From Vicugna vicugna (Eukaryota): 64,000 bases of DNA. Positions within the stretch are counted from its first letter, which is position 1, and every line of letters begins with the position of its first letter. Below, one piece after another: positions 11,638 to 26,454 of this stretch. Below the pieces are notes generated by a model. The model saw only the letters and a program-made list of their open reading frames with translations. It had not been told where the DNA came from and did not search any database. The translations under genes were made by a program, and so were the position numbers. The stretch is taken from assembly GCA_013265495.1 (NCBI GenBank), contig MU058337.1, positions 3,900,880-3,964,879 of the forward strand, in the 5' to 3' direction.

Positions 11638-13109
11638 AAAAATGAGTTTCGAACTGTGGTTATTGCTACAAATGAAACATGTGGATCCGTGATACTGTCC
11701 AACAGTTAGGAATTCTTGTTTAGACACGGATGGAGTTGAGAATATTATACTAGTCAGTGATAGCCTCAATCCAGGATAGACGTCAAGGGTATTGAGAAAG
11801 AATTACAGCCTCATTTAGAATCTGAAGTCAAACTGTATGAAACATTTCCTTACAATAAACAAAAGCAGTTCTCTTTGGTCTCTGAAATCTCTTTTTAGAA
11901 ACAACACATGAACCTTCACTTTCTCCATAGTTACCCTCTTACCTCAATGCTAAAAACTCAGAACCTGATTATAATAGCCGAAACTGCAGTTTATCAGAGT
12001 AATGGTGAATCTAAAATGGATTTTTAAAATCCTAATAAATGGTCACAATTAGGTCCAAAGACTCTTTTCTTTTAGCGAAAACTAGAAGCAAGTCCTAAAT
12101 TTAATTTTGCTTCCTTGTACAGATTTGGTCCTCTTCACCAAAAATCATAAAAGAACAGACAGATGAAGTAAAAACACTGTCATTCTAATAACTTCACTTA
12201 TTGAAAACAATTTCTCTGTTCATCTGTGGGTGATAACAGAATTCCTTTTCATTTTTCTTGAGGACACCGCCGATGAAGACACACAATCCTAAACGACCGT
12301 TTTAAACGCCTGTCCTAGAAATAAAAGCCAGACACTGTGTACAGGAAAAAATCTCTTGCTCCTGAAATCACTTTCATGCTACGACACATTCCACTATGTG
12401 GATTTATGGAGCTGTCCGAATTCCCATAATAATCATGAGATAATGAATCCCTTTGGCCAGGTAGCTGCAGGCTCTAAAATGGATTATTTGTTTTTAGGAG
12501 GAAAAAAATGAGTGGACGCCGACACAGTATTAATGGCTAGCTTAATCTACTCCTTGTTTTTCTTTTCTTTTATTAAATGTTCTGTGATTGTGTCGGCAGC
12601 ACTCGTAGTTTTTATACCAAGTGATAAAACTCAAAATAAAATGGCACATTTGTGTTTCTGCCAGGGAGTTTTTAGTCACTGAGAAAGTATAAGCTTTGTC
12701 TTGAAACCAATCGCTTTACGATGTATTTTCTAAAACTAAAATGTGTTCACCTTACCCTGAAATGCATATCGTAAATGTAATTCCTTTTCTTCTACCAGTA
12801 ACACACAGGGGAGGTTTGAATCAAACAAAGCAAGTAAATTAGGACCCTTCTCAGCCTTCTGGAAACCCAAAGTCTTAATAGGAGACTATTAGTGTCTACT
12901 TTATTTATTAATTTATAAGATTTTAATCTTATGTGGATCACTTATCCAAACATATACAGTCACTCTGGCACAATATGGAATGGAATTTTCTGCTGTTTGG
13001 AAAGAACACAAATTAAAACTCTGCTCTATAGAACATTGCTTGAATTTAGAGCTGGATGCCATGGTAAAAATTTTTATCCCTTTTAATTTTACATAGTGCA
13101 GTAATAACA

Positions 13110-13280
13110 AGCACTTGTGTTGGGCACATAGGTTAACTCCTTTAAACCAACCACAAACCAGAAAGATGGTACTTTTGCTGTGCCCATTTTACAGATGGAA
13201 GAACTGCATAGAGACTACAATGAATTGCCATGGTTACAGAGCTGGGAACTGGCAAAGCTAGAAAGGATACAGGTCTCCAA
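13110..13280 (-). mobile_element. MIR remnant
   Basis: CCCATTTTACAGATGGAAGAACTG..AATTGCCATGGTTACAGAGCT. Confidence 0.7.
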
Positions 13281-16200
13281 CCCTCAGGGGCGGGCATCTC
13301 AAGGGAGTTGTGAGAAGCTTATAAAGCCACTGCAAACAAACCCTTTGAGCCAGTATTTTTTGTCTCATTTTACTTCTTTAATTTTCAGGTCTATTCGAAC
13401 CAAATAGAGCTATCCCCAAAACTTTAGAGACAAACAGGAGTGCTTTCCTTCCCTCTTTATCTCTGTCCAGGTCTTATTTTTATCACTGAAAAGTTACACT
13501 TTTGAAAATTAGCTTAAGACCCAGAATGCATCTCAGAAACTACAGTGGTTTGGATGATGCTTTAATTGCAAACTCAAAGAAATTCTTTACATCTGACAAA
13601 CAGAAAACCTGTCAGAAAACACGAGCAACATTCAAAGCAGTCATTTAAACAGATGTAACTCTACTGCGATGTTAATGTAGCCATGGTCAAGAGGTGACAG
13701 ATTTCATCCTGAGGTCTACGCACAGTCAGCCCAGTCGGGACTATGCTTTGCTTTCTATTTCTTCATCTCGTAGCAAGCCCCCGATTGCCCCATCTCTGAG
13801 TGGTACCTAAGCTTAATCTGTTTGCCTTGTTTGTTTCATCACTGCCAAGGGCTGTGCTGCATTGCAGGCACTTGGCTTCCAGAGGTCCTTAGAGAATTTC
13901 TTTCCTGCCCTGTTTGCAGTCACCCTGTTCATCCCATAACAGAGTTCTGCCATCTAGCCTGTATGCATTTCCAGCTCGGCAGAAACTGAATTACATGAGG
14001 TATAGCTTCAAAGTTATACTCAGTCAACGTTACAAATGGTTCTTGGCTGACATTGATGAAACTCCTCAAATGTCTGATGGGACATTGGTGACAGAGATAA
14101 ATCTCACAGGCATGTGTGTGAGCAGGCATTTGTGCGAGTTGAGAAAAAGTTAAGTTTGAAACTTCAGCTTGTAGGTCACCTCTAGATGAACATTTATTTC
14201 AGCCATTATCAACATTTAATTTTTTCTGTTTAAATAATGAGAGTTATCTATGTTATTTGCTTAAGGAAATGCCAATTGCTATAATGGCTTAATAATATTT
14301 ACTTATTAAATGAGATAGTATGTAGAATATTTGAAATCATCTTTTATGTGAAGGTTACTTCTCTGAGATCTTGCAGTGCCCTAGAATAAATGTATCGTCA
14401 CTTTAAATGTGTAGTAATTATTGATTCGCTTGGCTGTCTGCCTCAGATCATAAGTTCTAAAGGACAAAACAAGTGAACAGATAAATAAGTGAATGATTGA
14501 ATGAAGGGACAAATGCATTCTCTAATTCTTCCCACTGGTACTGAAGCTTAAAGAAAAGTACAATTAATCTCAGCCATCACTGTTATTCGTGTTATTCCTC
14601 TCTCTCACCCAACGTAGAGTCAGTTACCAGACCTGCTGCTTTTACTACCTGATTTTTAAACTAACGTGTGTTGCCTCTTTCTTCAATATGCTGCTGAAAT
14701 TCAAGCCTTCTTCACTTGGACCCCCAATACCAGCTTTTTCCCTTTGAAATTCAGCTTTTGTAAAACCGCCAGCAATATTCATTTTTTTCCCATACGCAAA
14801 TAGCATCATGTCATGCTCCTCCACGGACTTCATCGGTTGCTCCCCGATGGCACACAAGGACCTCCCCGGCCGACCAACCAATAGGCACAGCGTCATCTAC
14901 CACTTCCCCTCTCGCAGAACAGATGCCAGGAGCCATGTCCACCCTTCCACCGGCCCTGCTTCTTGGCTCTATGCCTTTGTCATTGTGCTCTCAGCCTCTC
15001 AGCCTTAACCTTTTCTTCAGTGTCAAGGTGCAACTCAGGCTTCCTCCTCCAGGGAGCCCTCCAGCACTCTGCGGACAGTCCTGCAGAAGGGCGCCCCACA
15101 CTCTGTCATCCAACACCTTCGCCCTCATACCATAGGATGACAGTTCGCGGGAGATGCTGCTGCAGCCAGTTCCAGCTCCCTGTCAAAACAATGAGCACGG
15201 ATATTTCTTACTCACCTTTATTCCCTTCACTTGACGAAGTGTCTGACTCACAACAAACATAGAAACAATGGAGACCAAACTCAGTCCATCCTTGTAGAAC
15301 AAGGTGGCCTGTCTCCATTCAACCAGATTAAAAACGGGCTTCTCCAGAACAACGCTTCACAGCATTCAACCTTGTAGCCAAGGGCAACTTTATGTTGATA
15401 AATTTAAACATAATGAAAATCAAATTTATTTTCCTCATTTTGGATTTAGCTAGTCGTCCTAAACAACAAACTGGAGGTCATTGAAAAAGCCACCTTCCAT
15501 TTCATTAGGAGTCACTGATTTTTCCTGGAAGTTGTGCAGGTAATAATTTCCTAACCAAAGCTGACTGTGTAATTGGTCTGTCTTTGCTTCAGTAGAAAAA
15601 CAAGAAGTCAATTAAATTGTTATTTTCCATTTTTTTTCACTGTGAGTATTTCAGTCCTCCACACGTGTTTAAAATTAAACATTTATTTATTACCTTATAG
15701 CTCAATTTATTAATAGTAAAAAATGTTAACTCTCCAAAAGCAGAAAATTGGTAACCATTCCAGATTTCTCCTTCCATTTCTGGCCAGCAAAGTCGATCCC
15801 TGGATGCAAGACGAAAATTCATGTATATTCATGCTATTGAGGACATGGTGGCTTCATCCTAAATCTTGCCTTAGTCACAGAGGTTGAATTGAAATAAAAA
15901 TTATGTGGCACTTTGATAAGAACTGCAATGGTAAAATGTTGACCAGAACTTATGCCAAAAGCAGGCTTTCCCCACAGATAAGGAAAAAAGTCCAGTTCAA
16001 ACCTAGTCTTTGTGTCTCAACATACAATAGGAATGTATTGTACAGAAATCACCAGTAGAACAACAGACTATAATCACTCTATGACACAAATATTTAAATG
16101 GATCCTAAGCTCCTGGATTAAAGGGAGTCATGGAGTATAAAAAAAAAAGGTGGCAGCTTTGAAACATAAAATAAGGAAATGACGTGAAGAGTCATTTATT

Positions 16201-16519
16201 AAATCTGACCTAGACACAAAGGGGGACACCATAATCATCACTGAGTGATGGCTGCAGTCAGGTCTTTGTGACAGGCCATTGAGATCTGAAATGAAAAACT
16301 GAATTATTGCTAAATAAAAGGATTTGCTTTCATTGTTGAATTTATTCACGTATTTAATACAATTTAGTTATCTTTGGGGTTATATTCAAAGGTCAAAGTA
16401 TAAAATTGAAGCATTTTCCCTATTGCAGAGATGCCCCTTGGCTCTGTAGAGTACGTGTCTCCTGAATTTAGAAGAAAGTTAGCTCCCTTATTTAGGCTTG
16501 TATGGGAGTAGACATGCTA

Positions 16520-16986
16520 AGGAAGTACAGAGAGCCAGAGGATGGAGATACACAGATACAGATATAGATGATTCAGATATATGAATTGGCTTACATAATT
16601 ATGGAGGCTCACATGATTATACAGGCTGATCTGTCTGCAAGCTGGAAACCCAGGAAATCCAATGGTGTAGCTCCAGTCCAAAGTCTGAAGGTCTGAGACT
16701 CAGAAGAGCTGATGGTGTAAGTCCCAGTCCCAGAAGACTGATGTCCAGCTCAAGCAGTGAGGCAGAGAGCAAAGTCTCCTGTATCCCATCCTTTGTTCTA
16801 GTCAAGCCTCCGATGATTTGGATGAGGGCCAGCCACACTGAGGCGGGCAATCTGCTTTACTCAGGCTACTGAGTCAGTGTTCATCTCATCCAGAAGTGCT
16901 TTCCCATACACACCTAGAATACTGTTCCACCAACATCTGGGCACCCTGTGGCCCAGTTAAGTTGACACATGAAGTTAACCATCATA
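16520..16986 (-). mobile_element. MLT2-type (ERVL) solo LTR
   Basis: GAATTGGCTTACATAATTATGGAGGCT, CTGCAAGCTGGAAACCCAGG, and terminal AAGTTGACACATGAAGTTAACCATCA (reverse complement of the MLT2 start). Confidence 0.85.
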
Positions 16987-19503
16987 CCGTGTGGGCTCTC
17001 CTAGGTTCTCCCTGAATGGTCTTGACCCCACTGGTGAGCATCCTGTCCCCTAACATGATCATTATTTTATTCCTTTCTCTCCAACTGAGCTTTCATGTAG
17101 TTTTTTGTTCACTAACCCTGAAAGTGAACAATTTTTTCCTGTGAAAAAGAAAATAAAACAGAATGTATCTAATGTCTAAACACATACTGGCCAAGAAGTC
17201 CCTCTTCCACTGGAGGGATGGCCCAGAGAGGAAGCACTTTCGTCCCACCAATTGTTTCATTTTAACTGACAACACACAATGCCCTGTTCTCATATGTAAT
17301 ACAGCACAATGTGCAGTGGAACATAATACGTGTAATAGTACCTCAACAGCCACCAACTTGCGCCATCAGTGTTACTGAAAAATCCTTTTCTGCATTTAGT
17401 TATTTTATGTTTATTTATACATTTTTTCAGATCATATCCATTGTAATGCACATGATAACAAATTCAATTACTAAGAAACTTTAAAGAAAAAAAAATGTTT
17501 AAATAAAACATGGGTAACCCCAACACCATCATTTGAAGTTGGGATTAATTTGAAGGTGGAACGTCACCAATGAACATGCATTTTCATATGGAACATTGGG
17601 CAGTGCATCCAAGAATGGTTCTAGGTCACAAGGAACACTTGCTCTGAGAATTTTCTTTTTCTCATTTTCCAGATAATTTATTAGAGCTCTGAAAAGGCCT
17701 TATCTTTTCATCAGCTTTTCATTTAGTTTTTTTATATCATCTTAGTGTAAATATGGCTATAAATGCTTATTCACAGGCTGCTCTCCTCTCTTAGATGAAA
17801 GATTATTGAGAAGGAAAGATTGAACAATAAAATAATTTTGGGGTGTATGCTTATCAATGGTGTCAAATATTTCTGATTTAAGCCATTTTCCTTTTCACTT
17901 TTCTTCTTAATTAGAAAGAAAATCTTTTCCAAATAAATAAATCTTGAAAGTTACTTGATAAGTTTTCAACGCTGACCAGATAATGGAAGGAATGTCTTTG
18001 TGATAGCTTGGCTTCTTCAGCTACAAATGATTGGTTCAGATTATTTATTTAAAGTTAAAACCAGAAGAAAGCTCTGAGTCCATTGACATTATCTGTGGAG
18101 TCCCTGGACTAGAAGTACTTTATAGTTAAACTGAAATGATTAAATGTCTAATTAAGCTTTGGGCACAGAGTGACAATTCACTTTCCAAGAACAAGGGGAA
18201 ACATTTTAAAACCTTGAGGAATGTAAAAGTTTAAAATTTACCCATGTTGCTAAGTTCCTTTCTGTTCTTGGATGGCACTCAATGAGATTTCCATGATCAT
18301 ATCACTGAAGGTACATGGAATTTTAATCACCATTCATATTTTCCCGCCGTTTTTACTATTTTGAGTTGGAAGCATGCACTATCACATTAGTATGCGTCTC
18401 CTTCTAAATACCTGTTTTTTAAACAACACAAAAACCTTCAGCAGGTATTAGTTTGCTCTCTTTTCTGTGTTCCCACGGCACCCTCCGTGGCCTAGATTCC
18501 AGCCCATGGTCCTCTGAACCACCGTCCTGCATGTGTGTCACTAAAACAGGCTCTCCTTAACTCAGGGAATCTTCCTGCTTACAGCTTTAAGCTGAGCCTA
18601 GCATTTTGTAGGTGTCTGATAACTATTTATTGAATAAGTAAATGCACATCAAAGATGGAAATGTGTTTTCCTGATGAGAATTCTTCAGTTTCTCTCTGAT
18701 CAGTTGGCCTGTTTGAGACCCTTCTACTCAACAACTATGAGTAACCTCATTGAAATGTCAGCATACTTGAGTTTTAACAGCATATGATATTTTCAGCTGT
18801 GAAGTGCTTAATTCATTTATCTAGCAAAAAAAGAATAAGAATCTATTAAAAAAGGGGGCTTATTTTGGCAAAAAAAAATCTCGTCTTTTTTCAAAATAAT
18901 GTATTTTTAAATTTTAAATATTTATTCAAGTCCACACTTAAAACAATATTGAAAGAACTTTTTTATTCTCTTTTAAGACTTGGCACAATTATGAATGTTC
19001 TTGATTAACAAAATTGTGGGCATATCCTGCTTCATCAAACATACTTCATTAAACAATCAACTTCAATTTTTCCTTCCACAGCTAAGTTACAGATAACATC
19101 ATCCTGAGATGTTTTTAAAAACAAGTCCATCTTTTCTGACTCCAAAACAGCCATTACTATTCCCTCTTGGTCTACACTGTAACAGTTCTTAGTGTATCAG
19201 TACCAGAGAGCAAGGGAACTGTTGAAGTCTCCAAACCACCTGTAAATATCAGTGGTCTCCTACCTATAACACATCGCTGTGTATCACAGAGCTCTCCTAG
19301 GGTAAATGAAGGCCATGTCCCACAGAGGGGATCATGAAAGGAGGGAGTTTAAATTTTTTATTTGGCTGTTTTATGTCTTACTTGTAATTAGTTTATATTC
19401 CTTAATAATTTTTTGCTTTAATTCTGAGACTACAGTATGGTCTTTTCTCAATTCCTTCCATTGCTTAGGTTGTTTTTTGTTTGTGGTGATGTTGTTGTTT
19501 ACC

Positions 19504-21552
19504 TTTTTTTAATTGAAATATGTTGATTTACAATGTTGTTTTAGTTTCTGGTGTACAGCAAAGTGATTGTTATACATTTTTTTCTTTTTCATATTCTTCT
19601 CCATTGTAAGTTATTACAAGATATTGAATGTAGTTCCCTGTGCTAAATAGGTCCTTGTTGTTTGTCTGTTTTATGAATAATAGTCTGTACCTGCTAATCC
19701 CAAACTCCTAACTTATCCCTCCCCCCTCCCCTTTGGTAACCATAAATTTCTTTTCTATGTCTGTGAGTCTGTTTTGGGTTTGTAAATAATTTTATTTGTG
19801 TTATTTTTTTTTAGATTCCACATATAAGTGATATAATATGATGTTTGTCTCTATCTGACTTATTTCACTTAGTATGACAATCTTCAGGTCCATCCATGTT
19901 GCTGCAAATGGCATTATTCCATTCATTTTTTATGGCTGAGTAGCATTCCATTGTATGTATGTGTATATAGCCCACATCTTCTTTATCCATGTACCTGTCC
20001 ATGCACATTTAGATTGCTTCCATGTCTTGGCTATTGTAAACAGTGCTGCTATGAACATTGGGGTGCACGTATCTTTTTGAATTACAGTTTTCTCTAGATA
20101 TATACCTAGAAATGGGATTGCTAGATCATGTAATAACTCTGTTTTTATTTTTTGAAGAAATCTCCATACTATTTTCCATAGTGCTTGTGCCAATTTACAT
20201 TCCCACCAACAGTGTAAGAGTGTTCAGTTTTCTCCACATCCTATCCAGCATTTATTATCTGTATACTTTTTTAATGATGACCATTCTGATTGGTGTGAGA
20301 TAATACCTCATGGTAGTTTTGATTTGCATTTCCCTGACAATTAGCAATGTTGAGCATCTTTTCACGTGCCTGTTGTCCATTCATATGTCTTCATTGGAGA
20401 AATGTTTGTTTAGGTCTTATTTCTACTTTTTGATTGGGTTGTTTGGTTTTTTTGTTATCGAATTGTATGAGTTGTTCATATAATTCTGGAAAATAAGCTC
20501 TTATCAGTCACATCATTTGCAAATATTTTCTCCCATTCCGTAGGTTGCCTTTTTGTCTTGTTTATGATTTCCTTTGCTGTGCAAATCTTAAAAGTTTGAT
20601 TAGTCCCATTTGTTTATTTTTGCTTTTCTTTTTATTGCCTTGGGAGACTGGCCTAAGAAAACTTTTCTTTTACGTCAGAGAATGTTTTGCCTATGTTCTC
20701 TTTTAGGAGTTTTATGGTGTCCTGTCTTCTGGTTGTCTTTAAGCCATTTTGAGTGTATTTTTGTGTATAGTGTGAGGGAATGTTCTAACTTCACTGATTT
20801 ACATGGGGCTGTCCAGCTTTCCTATCACTACTTGCAGAAGAGACTGTCTTTTCTCCATTGTATATTCTTGCCTTCTTTGTTGAAGATTAATTGACTGTAG
20901 GTATGTGGGCTTATTTCTGGGCCTCTATTCTGTTCCATTGATCCGTATGTCTGTTTTTATGCCAGTACCACCCTGTTTTGATTGCTGTAGCTCTATAGTA
21001 ATGTCTGAATCTGGGAGGGTTATGTCTCCAGCTTTGTTTTTTTCTTCAGGACTGCTTTGGCAATTCTGGGTCTTTTATGGTTCCATACAAATTTTAGGAT
21101 TATTTGTTCTAGTATTGTGGAAAATGTCATGGGTAATTTGATAGAGATCACATTAAATCTGTAGATTCCTTTGGGTAGTATGGCCATTTTAACAAGATTA
21201 GTCCTTCCAGTCAAAGAGCGTGGGATATTTTTCCATTTCTTTGAATCATCTTCACTTTCCTTTATCAATGTTTTATAGTTCTCAGTATATAAATCTTTTA
21301 CCTCCTTGGTCAGGTTTATTCATAAGTATTTTATTTTTTTTATGTGATTTAAAAAAATTTTTAACTCTCCCTTTCTGATATTTTATTGTTAGTGTAAAGA
21401 AATGCAACTGATTTCTGTATGTTTAGCTTGTATCTTGCTCCCTTGCTGAATTTGTTTATCTAGTAGTTTTTGTGTGGAGTCTTCAGGGTTTTCTATATAT
21501 AGTATCATGTCATCTGCATATAATGACAATTTTACTTCTTCCCTTCCAATTT
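19504..21552 (-). mobile_element. Older artiodactyl-type L1, 3' ~2 kb, with degraded ORF2 C-terminus and 3'UTR
   Basis: Minus-strand ORF fragments match ORF2 ([37 protein letters not shown]) but are broken by stops and frameshifts; poly(T) at ~19504 marks the tail. Confidence 0.93.
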
Positions 21553-21649
21553 GTTCATTTGTTTAAAAAACAATGTGTACCACTAAACAATATTTTTCCA
21601 TGAGAAAGAGATTTGCTTGTAGGGAGGATAACGCTTGGATCTAAATTAA

Positions 21650-22230
21650 GTCTCAGGGAAAGTGGTCAGCAGGTACTAACTGAAAGTAGAGGATGCTCAT
21701 CATTTTGTTTGCTCCAAACAGCACTTCCTTCTTCTGGTCATATGTTTTCCCCCTTCTTTAACGATGTGTTTTGGTTGGGAGTTGCAGTGTTAAAACCACC
21801 TTCTCTGATCTAGGCCACTGATTGAGGGATGGGCCACTGGCCCTTCTGGGCTTAGGACAGAATCCAGCTTCCTGGGCAGGAGTTGGTTGGTTCTGGGTAT
21901 GCATTTGACCCAGTCTCAGCCAGTCTTCTTCCCTGTGACTTTGAACTTGGGAACAAAAACGAAGAGCCCCATTCTGTCTAGTAATAGACTTGGAAAATGT
22001 CAAGTACCCAAGCTTCTGCTCAGCACAGAGGAGGCCCAGTCTGAGAAAAGAGGCCAAAGTGAAGAAAGAAGCCAAAAGAGAGCTGGAAAGTGAATCCACT
22101 GTCCTGGTGTTTCTGCCCCTGGTGTCATCAGAGACCAGGCTCAGCCACACCTGTTTTAACATTATCAGCCCAGACTTCCCTATTTTTGCCTAAGCTAGTT
22201 CAAGTTTGATTTGAAACCAATTCATCAACT
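21650..22230 (+). mobile_element. Old MLT1 (J/K-like) LTR remnant
   Basis: GATCTAGGCCACTGATTGAGGGATGGGCCA and the TTTTTGCCTAAGCTAGTTCAAGTTTG end motif. Confidence 0.5.
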
Positions 22231-25200
22231 AATTCACTGTGTAATGACCACAGTGATGCATATTAGACAATGATGTCTATTAGAAAGCTGCTAATTTCGT
22301 TCCATTGATAATCTATAACCTAACATTTATAGACATCCGTGTTTAACTTCCTTGTAAAGGTACTTAAACTTCCATCCAGTACTAAAAACAGCAGAAAACT
22401 ACTCCCTCTCTTGAATGAGTTTTCCTAATTCCAACTAAAAAGCCAAAAAGGGATACATGTACTTTTTTTTGATTTGGGTTTTTTTTCACTTAACTTTCTT
22501 CATTGTTGAGCTGCCAGCAGTTTTTCCTGGTCTTTCTTCTTGTCAGAGTCCCATAGTAAATATTCACTTAAGATAACACATTTTGAAGCAAATATTTATA
22601 AATCTTGATCTTTTCTAGTCCTTTTATTTTCTACTGGAAAAAATGAGTTTACAAGCAATGACCTTTAACTTTGGCTCCAACACCAATGGCTCCTCCAGTA
22701 ACTCGATATTTGTGCAATGCTAATTTATTACGCTTTTATTTTAAAATGTCACCCTCTGAAAAGCAGACATCTTTTCCTGACTCAAAAGTTATGGAAAAGA
22801 GAAATTGTGTTTTGTTATTAAGAAATTGAAAGGTGATTGATCATAGCAAGGTGAAATCCTTTCCCTACCTAGGTGTATTTCCCCAGAGAGCTTTCATTTA
22901 AAGTCCCATAGTCATGTTTTCAAATTTCCAATGATTCAAAATGACTTCTTACAGCATTGACAGACTTGGCATACCTTACCTGATGTTTCGCTGCCATATT
23001 ATCTATTAATCTAGTACTGGAGAAAGTCGGGAGAAGACACTACTCAATTTGGCCTCTTTCCTAAGTAAGCTTCACAGCCAGGCAACATGCCTGAATCTTT
23101 GATTTCTAATCATGCCCGGGAGAACAGAGAAGGCAGGGAAAGAGATGATTTCCAGAGGAACCTAAAGCTCTCTTTACTTAAGTTACTCATCCTTGGTGCA
23201 TTACCAAGTAGGAACAACAGTGCTATTGAAATAGTGTCTTGTCTCGAAGCTACAGAAGCCATGCAATTCACATATGAAAACAAAAAAGCCCACACTGCAG
23301 GCCATTAAAGTTTTCAAGATAATGGCACGTGAACCTACAAGCAGTGATTTTTCAAACATGCCTGGCGCCTTCTTGACAATTACACACCTTAGAGAACATT
23401 TTTATTTTCTTTCCGTTGGTGTTTTTAAAGAATATGCCAGTGAATCACTGCTGCCTAAAAAGTTCCAGCTCAAAAACTCATATTTCTCATTATTGCTTCA
23501 AATTTCCCATCTTGGTGTTACTGCGCACATGAGACCAAAGTCTACCTAAGAGTTCAGCTGAATTCCAAATAGAATTGAAAACAGATTTTAATGGCCAACT
23601 GTTGTGTATGTGTGTGGCTATCTCAACCGGAAAAAGAGTCTGTTAAATATTTATAAAAATCGTTTCTTGGTCCCCAAAAAGCACAGTTCAAATTAAACAG
23701 CCCTCACAAGAAAGGCGGTGACATCCCAGATAATCCCTACCACTGCTGAGCTTCCCAGACTCTTCAAAAGTGCCCTGAGTAGATAGGGATGGTTACAAGC
23801 CTTTTAGACTCACGTTTAAAGCAAACTTTCCAGTATCTGTCATGATCTTGGTGTTCCCAATGGCCTTTTAAGTCCTTGCAGAGGAACCTGCTAAATCATG
23901 TTTACCAACCTATGGCTTCTAATTTATAGATATATTTTTTTTACATACATAACATGCTTCAACAGTTAAAAGAAAAATTATAGTAGCGTCAGCTGCATAA
24001 AGATTGTGTTGTTTTGGTGGTGGTCTTTTATTTTGATTTGTTTTGCTCTGTTTTAAGAGTGGCCTCCTTTCATGTGAGAGGAACCCAACAATACAACTGC
24101 ATGTGACACTTCTGGGCAGCAACCGCATTTTTCCTCCCAGGTAATGCTTTGACGTGTTAAATTCTGCCACAGAATAACATGCAGAATTTCAGGTTCTCTC
24201 CCCGTCTGCTTAATGGATGAGAATGTCCCCTGCACCAGCTGAGATCTGTATTACTTCCAAATTGTGCCGGCTGGGGTGGTGGCTGGGGCTGCGAGGACAG
24301 GGAGAGGCTGTCACCTAATTACCCGTGGCTGCAAATCTGCCTCGCCTACACTTTCATGCAGAGTTACACTAGAAGTTCCCATTTTTGTTTCAGTAAGGAA
24401 ATGAGTTCGATTCTGTTTTTCAGGGGAAAAATCAAGAAAACAATTACATACTTTATACTTCCACTTTGAAATAGCCCCGTCCTACTCTCACTGGAAGAAA
24501 AAAGAAAGTGACTTAGTGATGGAAGGTTGAAGTTTGACTTGGGGAAGACTGTCTGAATCAGGTTACCTGTTCAATTATTTTTCTTTTGTACGAGACCACT
24601 ATAAAAATGATATGATAAGATTTCCAAAGGCTGTTTGACCCATGTGGCTCCAGAAACGTTTCAGGACTACTTGCCTGTGACCTGCAGTTGAGCTGATGTG
24701 CCAAAGCCCTTTCTCCCAGTGGCGCAAGAGGCAGAGACCAGATCTTGTGCTCAGTTGTGTTGTCATGAGAAGAGGCCACAGGTGAGGGGCTCGGTCACAA
24801 GTTACAAGACCAGGAATAGATGCGGTTCTGCTGGCTCAACAGAAGCAATCGAAGCACATTTTCAAGAAACATTTCCAAAGGTCATAGCAGTCACTAATGA
24901 CAGTATATTTTTCTCTTACAAAATCACCTTTGAACATCCTTTCCTTGATACGTCCTATCGTATATTAAAGAAAAAATTGTTTTATTACCTTTTTTGAAGG
25001 CTTAGGAGAAGATTTATACTGACCTAGTAATTATTATCTTTTCCCCTACGTTCTTAGAGGAGAGGAAAACTAAGTGCAAGTATAAAAACAAATTATTTAA
25101 CTCTTCTCACGTCCAATGGCCTGGCTGATAAGAACTAGCTCAGATTCCAAGCCAAATGAAAACGTGCGTGCACGTGTGTGTGTGTTGGGGTGGGGGTGAC

Positions 25201-26454
25201 TCGCTTGTTACTCCACACAACCAAATAGAAAAACGTAAAATAAATTTACTTCAGTCATTTACTTCAATTTAATATCCAGAGTGATTTTCATTAGGACGAT
25301 AGATACATTTTGAAACTACAAAATCAAAGCAATTCCATTTAACATCCCAAGCAGGTGGTGGAAATAGCATCTCTCAGCTCTTCTTCCTAAGCACGTGGGA
25401 TCCCCAGGTGTTACAGTGAGTGACAGGACGTCCCCCAGCAGACTCTTTGGTCTTCACCCAAGGTACGTCTTCTGTGTGAACCCCACAGTGAAGGCAGGGA
25501 AGCAGCATGCTTGGTCTGGCCAGTCTTTCAACTCCCTGGCCTCCCACAAGGCCAGGTGATCCAAGACCTTGGTGAAGTTCTCCGCGTACCTTAAAGGAAG
25601 TGAGGCCGCGCAGCCCCCAGATTCTCACTGCAGGTTCCAGGTGGAAGTCACAGATAAATGATGAAAGGGGGACCCAAGCTAGGAAGCCATGAAAATAAGC
25701 CCGCAAACATCCGAAGCTAGCACTGCCTTTCCCCACGATCTGGAGTTACTAATAAAATTTGAAATCTATGAAAAATGAATAGGCTTCTCCTTAAAAGAGC
25801 CAGCTGCACTGGGGAAGGAAAGATGGTATGAATGTTAAATGAGGAAAGACCTTAAGACACCTGAAAGCAGTTTGGCGAGCGTGCGGGATCCAGACCAACA
25901 CAGGTTACCTGGGAGTTACAGGTGGGGAGCTTCCGCTTCCTCCCTCAGCCAGACTTCTCACGGGCGTGGGAGCTGCAGCGGGGCAGGTGGACAGGAAGAT
26001 GCAGAGGACGGCCCTGAAGCCAGGAGCGGGAGCAGCCACATGGTGGTGAGCGTCTCTTGGTAGTTAGGACACATCGGTCAGTGATCTGGGACAGTCAGAA
26101 TATGGCACTGTGAGCAGTGATTAAGGAGCACTTTGTCATTCCTAGAACATTCCAGTGCCTGGCCACACACAGTGCCTGCCAAACCTGCAGGCTCTGGCCA
26201 CTGGGTGCTTCGTCTCTGTCCATTTTTCCCCTCAGCAGCTCCACTATTCCATCTCATTTCTAGAACGGCCAAGCTCATGTCCAGTTTATGCCATAGGTAG
26301 CTGCCCTTCCTTCCGATTGGAATGTTCCTTCCTCAGAGAGACGTGTGACCTGGTCCCTCAGTGAACGTTTCTGCTCACACAACAGCCCTTCAGAAAGGAG
26401 TCCCCTGGTCACTGTGTTCGTAAGCCTTCCTGGCCCCACCACTCTCTAACACCC

